DNA from: a virus
DNA length: 64,000 bases
Direction: 5' to 3' (one strand)
Virus record (IMG/VR): IMGVR_UViG_3300022939_000016
Coordinates: 1 to 64,000 of that record
Shown in pieces: positions 18,054 to 28,000 of the stretch; position 1 is the stretch's first letter, and each line of letters starts with the position of its first letter. The notes below the pieces were generated by a model that saw only the letters and a list, made by a program, of their open reading frames with translations, searched no databases and was not told the origin of the DNA. Made by a program: the position numbers and the translations under genes.

Positions 18054-21000
18054 TGGACGTATGCTTTATATTATCTAATAATAATTCTTCGAAAGCTAGG
18101 GGAAGTTTTAAGCTTCTGGCTAAAGATAATTTACGTCAAAGAGCTAAAGCTAATTGTAAAATTAACTGTTCGCTAAAAGCTAATATTACTAAAAATGTTT
18201 ATCTTAAGTCTAGACTAGACAGCCTTGTAAGATTTAAGACAGCGAGAAAAGATACGCTTTCTGCTTCTGCTAAATTGCCAATATCTTCTAGTATTAGAAG
18301 TAAACTTTCAGGAGTTTTTTTAAACTCTTCGCACATTAAGTGTGAATCAAAGGTTTTAGTATCTTATGTAGATAAATTTAATACAAGTATAACAGTTAAA
18401 GATAAACTTCACAAATTTCAACATGTTGAAAAACTTTATCCCATAGGGGATGTCTCAAATGATTATAATGGTAACTTTATAGTAAACGAAAAAAGAGAAA
18501 CCGTACTCTATGAAAGCGTCAACGAGGGAATATATCTAGGAAATCCCACACAAAATTTTGGCCATAGCGTTTTGGTTTCTGATGAGAAAGAAACATTTAT
18601 ACATCCATCCTCTATTTACTCTACTGGAACATTTAAGTATGTATGTGTGGTAGATACTCCTTCTTCCGTTCCCACTCATAGCTTTTTACATATACGAGCC
18701 GCTGCTCCAATCAAAAACTATGCTTCTAATTTTCCACCTTCTTACAAGCTTTACGAAATATATCTTAGAGATACTGGAGGAAAAGAAGTTGTTAAATATA
18801 AGGACGTTACAGTAAAAGGAGACGCTGATTATCAAGACTTAAGTAATAAAAATTTTTCTACATACATAGTTGACGAAGAAATCAATAACGCCAGAAGGCT
18901 TTTCAGCGACCCCTTATTTCCCACCTTTGATAACACCTCTACAAGTATTAAGACTCAGAGTGGCGATATTTTAATCACTCAAGATGGTTCTCAGATAGTT
19001 TCCCAAAGGGGAGATTTTACATTAGAGTTTTTACTTGATATCTACTGTGAAGACAAATCATTTAACGACGGCTTTAGTCACGGTTACGAAGACAGGGTTT
19101 GCGAAACAAATTTTTCAAACACCTCTGAGAACAATCATCTTTCTGTTGCCGGTGGTCCACTTAGTTCTCAGTCTCTGTCTCATCAAATAAATCCTTCTGA
19201 TCACATTAGAATTACCGCCATAGAAATAGCAAACTCTGGAAGCTCTTTTGGTTTTTCTGCCTCTGACGCTATACCTCTGTCAGTAGAAGTTGATTCTTCT
19301 GGACAGAGGCTTAGTCGTGAGATATTAGTCAGCAATATTGAACTAAACAATTACACCAATAACATTTATCCCGAAACAATTCATAATTCTTGGGAGTCTA
19401 TTAATAGCGTTAATAATAGTAGCGAGGAAGGTTGTTCTGGCATTAGAAATGTTTTAAGGTCTTATGACACAAAAGATTACATTACATTAAACCACACCAC
19501 CATTTCTGAGTCAGGAAAGTTAATACTAGAGTTTTCCCACGAACCCCCGCGCCCCATAGAGAGATATATCAACGGCGCTTTTAAAATTGGCTTTAATTCA
19601 GAAAATAAAGAGTTTGATTACGCCGGATACAAGACGGTACAGGAAACTGATTCTTACTTTGAAATAGATGATATATACCTTAAGGTCATTGCTAAAAAAG
19701 ATGCAAACAGCACAGAAGATTTTTATCTAGACGTTGTGGGATATAGTGATGATAATTTCCTTGCTGTTACTTCTAGAGTTGGAGGATTCTTACAAAACAT
19801 AAGCGGGACAGGAAGCGAACCTCTGGCTTCTGGTTTTATTAGATCTGACGAGTTATCTATTTCTTCAGAATCATTTTCTGAAAAAGATGAATTTTATGTT
19901 CGGTCTGACTTACACAATGCTGGTGGAGATCATTACTTGGTAGACCAGTCTAGCTCCGCACATGTAACATCCACAGATTTCCAAGAATATCTCGTACCTT
20001 TAAAGATTTACAAAAATTCTATCTTAAATAAGAATCAAAACTTTAATATCAGTTCTTTCTTTGAACACTTGCATTTAGATTTATGTCCAATTCCAAGTGG
20101 CGCTTCTATAGCATATATATCATTACTTGCTTTTTACAAGCCCTCAAATGCTATTCCCTTGTACACTCTTGGCTATAAAGGTGCAGAGGTTGGTAGTGCT
20201 GACGCTAAACTCTTTCCTTCATCTAGAAAAGAATACGATAATCCAATTAATACCGGATTAGATTATACGCCCCTTTCTTCTTTAAGCAACATTCCTCATG
20301 GCTACGGTTTTGATAGCTCTTTAAAAACAAATTACTCTCGCAGGTGGAGAAACACAGATGGATTAGTTGCTGTTGGTCCATTTGACTTCAATGGGTTCGA
20401 TTTTTCCTTTTATAACCCGCAGCTTGCTAAACCATTTTTTGGTGGATATTTCTCATTCAATGACGATGTTGGAAATAATATTATTTCTGAAGAAATGTAT
20501 GACTTGGTAACAGTTCAGGGTTCTTATGTTGGAAATTATGACAAGATTCATAACGTCGGACTAAGGTTTAATTCTAGCTCTCTTTTTAATAATCCAACTA
20601 GTCACACCACCATAGACTGGACAAGCATTAATGGATACCAAAGTGATCCACTGTACGGACAAATAGCTGACTCTTTTGATAATGCGATTAGGGTGTCTGG
20701 AGATCTTGGTTATATTTCTTTTCCCACGATTGATTTGTCAGATGGCTGTGCTATTTTTGTTAGATTTAGTCCAGACGTTTCAATGAGCGGAATTGACTAC
20801 AATTTATACAATTCTGGAATTATATTCTCAAAGCATGATGCAGGAAATAATTTAGAGTTAGCGCTCGGTTATGACAATGGATATTTAACAGCTTACGCGA
20901 CAGACTCTAGTAATAATATTATCTCTATTCAGGATTCTATTTCATACTCTAATTATACCTATCCCCTATCGGTCTTAGTTACCTATAATAATAACAATGA

Positions 21001-22072
21001 CAGTAAGTTAGTTCTTTATACAGACAACGAAAAAGATTCTTATGGATTTAGCAGACTTAGAGCAGAGTCAGGCGCGTTTGTTATTACTCAGAGCTTGAGT
21101 GATTTAACTTTTGGCTTCAGTCACGGCGAGGGTGTTGGCTTTAATGGATTTATTACAGATATTGCAATTTCTGCGCCAAGCACTCAGGTCATTGATGTTC
21201 CACTATCTTTCAATCCAGACACATTTTTAGATTCTATTCACACGAAATATTGGTCTCAGTCTGAAAGCCACCTACAAGACACCAATACTTCTTGGTCTTA
21301 TGTAGATAAAGACTTAGACGAATGGCATTTGGGAGCTTTTAATATCTGTGAATTCTCCCCGTCTTTTGATAGATTTACCAGCAGATTTGGCAAAGATTAT
21401 GTTATACACAGAATAAAGAGCGACGGAGTTGCTTATAGTCAACATGCGAATCTTTCTTTACCGCAAAGCGTGGACTCTTCAGCCTCTTATCATACTCAGA
21501 TTGAAAACGACATGTTGCGATTCCCCCTTTCTGCTAAACCAGAATCTTTTGCTTCTCCCGGCGTTATGGAGGGCGTTCGTCCTAGAATATCAAACTCATT
21601 TGTAAGAGGATATTCTATATTCGAAGAAGCTTTTGTTGTCGATACTGTTATAGACCACGTAACATATAATGATATCATTTGGGATAATGGTAAAATAGGT
21701 CCAAAATTAATTGTTAGTTTATATACTAAGAATAAGGATGATCCAGAAAAGCCATATAAAAATCTTGGCCTAATTAATCGTTCAACTCACTACTTGGCTC
21801 CATCTGGATGTATAAACAAAATTAGCAGCAAGTTTAGTTTTGAAGATTTATTCAACGAAGATAGTGAGGAGTGGTCTAGCTTCGATCAATCTCAAAATAG
21901 CAGTGAGCTTGATAATAAATTTATGTCCAAAGACATTGAAGACATGTTTCTTCAGTATGACATTGTTTATCCGTCAGGCTTGCCTTATGATTCAAGTTTA
22001 AGTATTTATGGAATTACAGTAACATTAACAGAAGCTTTACACAAAGCAAGAACTCTTAACAATTTGACATAG
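18053..22072 (+). CDS. Large tail-tip/virion protein with LamG/concanavalin-A-like domain
   Basis: TAATG coupling to the TMP; GYFSFND...AIFVRFSP...IIFSK...LVTYN...LYTD...FNGFITDIAIS fits a LamG jelly-roll. Confidence 0.6.
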   Translation: MDVCFILSNNNSSKARGSFKLLAKDNLRQRAKANCKINCSLKANITKNVYLKSRLDSLVRFKTARKDTLSASAKLPISSSIRSKLSGVFLNSSHIKCESKVLVSYVDKFNTSITVKDKLHKFQHVEKLYPIGDVSNDYNGNFIVNEKRETVLYESVNEGIYLGNPTQNFGHSVLVSDEKETFIHPSSIYSTGTFKYVCVVDTPSSVPTHSFLHIRAAAPIKNYASNFPPSYKLYEIYLRDTGGKEVVKYKDVTVKGDADYQDLSNKNFSTYIVDEEINNARRLFSDPLFPTFDNTSTSIKTQSGDILITQDGSQIVSQRGDFTLEFLLDIYCEDKSFNDGFSHGYEDRVCETNFSNTSENNHLSVAGGPLSSQSLSHQINPSDHIRITAIEIANSGSSFGFSASDAIPLSVEVDSSGQRLSREILVSNIELNNYTNNIYPETIHNSWESINSVNNSSEEGCSGIRNVLRSYDTKDYITLNHTTISESGKLILEFSHEPPRPIERYINGAFKIGFNSENKEFDYAGYKTVQETDSYFEIDDIYLKVIAKKDANSTEDFYLDVVGYSDDNFLAVTSRVGGFLQNISGTGSEPLASGFIRSDELSISSESFSEKDEFYVRSDLHNAGGDHYLVDQSSSAHVTSTDFQEYLVPLKIYKNSILNKNQNFNISSFFEHLHLDLCPIPSGASIAYISLLAFYKPSNAIPLYTLGYKGAEVGSADAKLFPSSRKEYDNPINTGLDYTPLSSLSNIPHGYGFDSSLKTNYSRRWRNTDGLVAVGPFDFNGFDFSFYNPQLAKPFFGGYFSFNDDVGNNIISEEMYDLVTVQGSYVGNYDKIHNVGLRFNSSSLFNNPTSHTTIDWTSINGYQSDPLYGQIADSFDNAIRVSGDLGYISFPTIDLSDGCAIFVRFSPDVSMSGIDYNLYNSGIIFSKHDAGNNLELALGYDNGYLTAYATDSSNNIISIQDSISYSNYTYPLSVLVTYNNNNDSKLVLYTDNEKDSYGFSRLRAESGAFVITQSLSDLTFGFSHGEGVGFNGFITDIAISAPSTQVIDVPLSFNPDTFLDSIHTKYWSQSESHLQDTNTSWSYVDKDLDEWHLGAFNICEFSPSFDRFTSRFGKDYVIHRIKSDGVAYSQHANLSLPQSVDSSASYHTQIENDMLRFPLSAKPESFASPGVMEGVRPRISNSFVRGYSIFEEAFVVDTVIDHVTYNDIIWDNGKIGPKLIVSLYTKNKDDPEKPYKNLGLINRSTHYLAPSGCINKISSKFSFEDLFNEDSEEWSSFDQSQNSSELDNKFMSKDIEDMFLQYDIVYPSGLPYDSSLSIYGITVTLTEALHKARTLNNLT

Positions 22073-22081
22073 GATAATAAA

Positions 22082-25000
22082 ATGGCAGGTTTTAATTTAT
22101 TCGTTGGCGGCGATTACTACCAAAAAGATGATATCAATCTTTTTGCCAACGGCAAGGAATATTCTTATGATCAATTAAATTTATATCATTCTGGACAAAC
22201 ACCTCCAGAATATGAAATGAATCTTTATGCTTCTGGCGATAATGTTTATTACTCCTCAATGTCTCTTCATACCCTAACAACATTTTCTTTTAACAATCCT
22301 TTCATAAACCAAGACGATGAAGATGGAGGAGGGGAAGGAGGAGGCGGTGGAGATGGTGGAGGCGATAATAATCTAGACCCATTTGACTATATGCCCATAT
22401 TTGTTAATGGTGCTGAAAATATACTTTCAGATGAAGACAATCCTTATCTCAATCTGTTTGTAGCTAAAGATAATCCACCCGGACTGCCGTTAGACAATTT
22501 ATTGCATTTAAGCATTGACGTTGCTGACTATAGTGTTTCAGAGTCATCATTGATGCTTTCTTTATGGCAGCTTGAGTTTTCAAGAACCCCCGTTGAGACT
22601 TCTTCATGTAGCTTATATATTTCTGGCTTTTTCCAAGAAGCACCCGCAGCCGAAGGGATGTCTCTATATCTTGAAAATTATGTATCATCTCAAGCTATTT
22701 CTGATAGCCTTGGTTTATTTTTGGCTAATAACTATTTAATTAAATGGGACTCTTATGACTTCGGACTGAATTCTGAGCCTAACGACGATATTTATGCAAC
22801 CGTTCCCGCCACAGATGCTATTCGTGGCGTTCAACTTATTTGTTACGGCGCTTGCGGTCAAGGCACTTGTGAAGACGTAAGCGTTGAAACTCATGACACC
22901 GTTTGGTTTGATCCAGTTTGTGTTGACGGTGGTATTTTTAGGGCTTCAGATGTTTATACTAATTTAGATATAGATGCTTTTGGATCTGAAGTTCCTTATA
23001 GCGGGCATTTTTATGGTTTTAGAAAACTTGACAAGTTATTACCTTTGCAAAAATACTTCATAAATATCATAGGCCAATCTGGATCCTCGGCAAAGATTAC
23101 CGCCCCGAAAGAATTAGCTAGTTGGGAATATACTATTGATGGCAGCGACGTTGCCTACTCTGGATTGAAGCTTATTGGTGATAGTCCATTTGTTCAAAAC
23201 GGAAGAAATGCTGGAGATCAGTATGGTAGCAGCCTTTCTATGAATGGAGATTTACTCGCCGTTGGATCCCCCCACTTTTCTTTTCCAGACGAACTGGGAT
23301 ATACTCTTCAAGACGCAGGAACAGTTTTTCTTTACAGAAGAGGACCAGAGCCTGATTTTGACCAAATTGTTAGCAATAAAGCTGGATGGGATTTAGAAGG
23401 ACAGCTGAGACTTCCATCTGGAATACTGAGAGATTATTATACTGATACTCCAACAACGCAGGAAGATGGTATTGATATCGTTTTGAGAAATTGGAATCTT
23501 GGTCAAGAGGGCAGAAATTTTGGAAGTAGTGTTCACGTATGCTCTATTACAAATGATGACCCTTGGATTACTAGTGACAATAGAGAAATAATTGCCGTTT
23601 CTGCTCCAAACGCCCAGTGGTCTAGAACATTTCCCGACCTACAAATACAAAGCAACGACATCATTTTCTTTGTTTTTACCGACGAATTCCTGCCCAGCTT
23701 TACTGTCACAATAAGGGGTGAAGAATACACGTTGACCTATAGAGACATTGTTAAATCCATTACTTCTAAAAATCTATTGTATACTTATTACTCGCTACCA
23801 ACCATCTCTTTGAATATAAATATCGTAATCTTCCATCCGATTGATGCAGACATACAGCCAAGTCCAAGTTTTCCAGAACCACAACCTTCTTTTATTGTCA
23901 AAAAACCAATCACTAGACACAGAGAAGAGGCTTATGGCAGTCAAGAATTCTTAGATATAGATGACGAAATATTAGAGCAAATAAAAAATGTTTTCTATGA
24001 ACTTTATCCATATGATACAAACAAGCAGCACAATAATATACCAGCCATTCTTGGGGTTTATGTTGATAATTCTAGATCTTTGGGTTCTCAAGCAATAGAG
24101 CCAGCCCTTAGTAGGTTTAAAGAGCATTACCAAGAATACGCCTTTCAAAGTGGCGTTGCGGATGTTTTTGGAAACCCTTCCTCTGGAGCCGTGCTTTCTA
24201 CCACCTCTTTGGATGAAAATTGGATTTTACAAACAACTACTGTTATTGACTTCACACTAGATAGCGGAAGACTTGCTACTAATAATCATTTAAGCCTTTT
24301 GACAGACCCTTCTACTTTTGGAGTTTTCAATGAAAATCTCCCCGAGTTTAACATTCCACCCAGCAGCGGTGGTTGTGTTTACTTATTCGAAAAAGAATCT
24401 GATTCTTGGAATTTGATTCAACAAATTAATTCTCCCACCGAAGATAATACTATCACTCCTGACCTGTTTGGTAAATCTATTAAGATGAGTGAGGATGGGT
24501 CTATTTTGGCGGTAGGATCGCCATATATCAATGAAGCCATAATGGTTTACGAAAGAGATCCAAGAGAACAGAATAGAATGTATAGCAATATTGAAAGTTG
24601 GGTAGATTATCATTTAGAAAAAGACGAGCTAAACGAAAGATACGCTTATTTAAAATTCACTATAGAAAATTTGAGAGCTTCTGGTAATTTTACAGATGGA
24701 GATTCTGGTGTATATAGATCTTTATTCTTTGAGCTTTCACATCAGGAAAAATACGATTACAGAAATGATTATGATTTCTGGGGTGATAAACCAATACAAG
24801 AATACAAGCACAATTTCACCTATCGTTATACAGACATTGACTACAAGGGTACTTACCTAAGCTTATTAGAAGAGTTTGCGCCAACTTCTAGAATGGGATA
24901 CAGCGTAGCCGTAGAAGACGCTGGAGAATCTGTTGCGTTCGGTTGTCCAACCGATAGCTTGGACGAGCTAGATGACACAAACTCATACTATCACCCAGAT

Positions 25001-28000
25001 AATTCCGGGCAGATACTATGGCCTTCCTACGTTAACGCTGGAGCCGTTAGAGTCCTAGATTCTATTAAGTACTTTAGGCATAATCGCGTTGTAGAGTATT
25101 CCAAATTTGGAAACAAGCATAAAGCTTTATATGAACAAAATTTCCCCGAATCATTCGATCATTTTTCAAATTTGTTTAGCCCTTCTGGAATATCTTTTGA
25201 GAGAACAGACTTTAGTGACTTTGAGATACCTCAAGACGCTGGAATGCTTATGATTATTTGCCCAGAAGTAGATTTTAGCAACATTGAGGTTATGAATAGA
25301 ATTAAAAACTGGCTAGATCTGGGTGATAGAAACTTAGTTCTTGTTGGCGATGATGGAAATTTTGAGCAAGCTGGAAGATTTAATCAATCTAATCCTATCT
25401 TGAACAACATACTCTCCAAATTAGATTCTTCTATGAGGCTAGTGAGCGCCCCCAACACTGAAAGTGCCATTCTCAGCGCTCAAGGTTCTTGTCCTCTTAG
25501 GCCCAACATATTACCTTCCTTTAGGCCAGAAAATTCTATAGATACATACGTTGATACAAGTGCTAATATCTTTGGAAACGGAGTTGCAGATATTAGAATT
25601 CATGCTCCAGATGTTTATGAAGACTATTCATGCTCAGAGTATTACAGGCAGCATAACGATTATTGTTCTCCACCCTTGGCTCATTCTGGAGACTTAAGAA
25701 CTAGCTGGGATAGTGAAGACGGTATAATGAATTGGCCTAATTTATTTTCGGAGCGATTTCAAGGCAAACAACCTCCAGTTCCATTAATGGTAGCTGGATA
25801 TTACAAAGAACCACAAGTAGTAAACATTCCTGCCATACCGCCAACGTCTGGGCTTTTCCAATATTACGATTATGTACAAACCGATGTTTCTCCAGCCTAT
25901 GGAAATCTTACAACCGGAGAAATTGAATTTGGGTGGACAGAAGAATTAGAGCTATACAATAGCTTAAACACAAATGTCAATTTAAATTCTAACGCTAACA
26001 AGTTTTTCAACCCGCCTTACAAGATGGGTTTAAATGCTTTGTTACAATCAAAAGCCTCTAATGGAATTGATACAACCCTTGGAGAGGTTTTGGCTTCTGA
26101 TGCGTGTCATTTAGCTGCCTCTGAGAACATTCCAGATGCTAAAAATAGTCAATTGTTTTTGATAGGAACTTTATTTACTGAAAATCTAGAAATCCTTTAT
26201 ACTGGCCTCGGTGATAAAAATATTAATTTCTACTTCAATATGGTTGCTAAAAACCGATTCGGCTCTTCTTACGTGGCTCAAATAAATTCTTGGACTGGTC
26301 GCTCTAGCTTCAAGGACGCTAATCCAGATTCTATCATTGAGCTTGTTCTAAGAAATACTGGCAATACAGTTTCAGCCAATGTTAGTTTGTCTCAACTAAT
26401 TTCTGGACATCCTAACGGAAATAGATACGACGTTTGCTGGGTTGCCAATCCTCTTAACGCCCCATCGGATCAAGACATCAAGACACTTAAAAAATGGCTT
26501 AATCAAGAAGATAAAAAAATAATCGTAACTTATGATAACGAGATTTCGGCAAAGAATGCAGAAATATTGTTAGAAAAACTTGGCCTAACCATGAAGCCGC
26601 TTTATCTAACAAACAAGTCTAGATACGCGCATAATACGCAAGACGTTGATTACAATAACAGAAACTTTTATTTCTTACAAAGATTCGAAACAAGTTTAAG
26701 TAGATTTTATCCCGATATCAATCCCTACAACTATCGTGCTAGATATGGATTTATTCCAAGTAGAGATGATATTTATGAGATTACATTAGACACAAGAACT
26801 TCTAACTTTATACCTATTGATCTTCAGGGTGGCACAGCTATAGCGTCTCTGAATCATGGAATTGTTGATGATAAATTTTACGATCTTGGCTTTTACTACA
26901 TGAAGAGTGGCACTGCTCGGATTTCTTTTCCTGTTCGCCCCAATACTGCTTATAGAGTCTTTTTAGATACTGCTGCTTATTCATTCTACGAAAAAGAACC
27001 AATAACCGTTTATGTAACTAATTGCAACGCCTTACCTAGTTTTACTTCTCCATTTGTTCCTCCCGATCAAGACATTTACAACTTAAACTCCGATGACACT
27101 TTCAGCTCTGTTTTTTATGGTCCAGTTGGCGTTATTGCTCAAATTGGGGGAAGAAGTCAAGACACACTACTTCAATCTAATGTAATAGAATTTCACACCC
27201 TCCCCGGTGTAGATGAAGTTTCTTTCTTCATTTCTGGTAATAGCTCTCGCGTTAGCTTTAAATATGATGAAGCGCCAAGCACAGTTGCCTTAGTTAGCAT
27301 TTCTGGCGCGCTGGTTGACATAGTTGAGTCTCCATTAATGTCTCGCGTTCCTAGATATGAGTGGGAGATTATAGATCCGGGTTCTGAGGCTTTTACTACT
27401 ACCGTAGAGTTTCCTGACCCTTTCCCAATTCACTCTAATAGTAATAAATATTGTCCCGGCAATGTTGATTTTTTCAGTCTAGACGACTGTAGCAACATTT
27501 TTGCAGATTCGAAAATAGATGATGGTCCAGTAGTGGTTGCACAGGAGTTGTATTATGGAAGTCCCAAAAGGCAAGGTATAAATCAATCTAGGATTACGCT
27601 TATTAGTGATGCTAGTATTATTGAGGGTCCATGCGTTTTTCGTAGTGGAGAAGTGATAGAGGAAAATGCAAGCTTCATTAGAAGTCTTTATCCAGATACT
27701 ATTTTTCCAGAAAATGAAAATTCTAAACTTTTTTCTCCTACTTCTATTACAAAAATTATTTCCCCAGAAAGAAGCAGTCCCGCAAGATTGTTTGCTAATA
27801 TTGGCAATAGTGGTTTGATAGAAAGGTTTATTCCATACAATAACCCCATAGTAAACTCTGGCAACAATCTGTATATGTTTAATGAAACATTAAACTACGA
27901 AACAGTTCAAAGACCAGAGTTAACAAGCGAAAATTCTTCAAGTGTTTTTTCTAAGTTTATAGATAGTCAAAATTTTTATGGTTCTAATTCTAAGTTCAAT

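Noticed and set aside
22313-22368. Gly/Asp/Glu microrepeat (DDEDGGGEGGGGGDGGGD)
   Set aside because: Simple low-complexity linker; not a collagen pattern and not a clear phase-variable tract.
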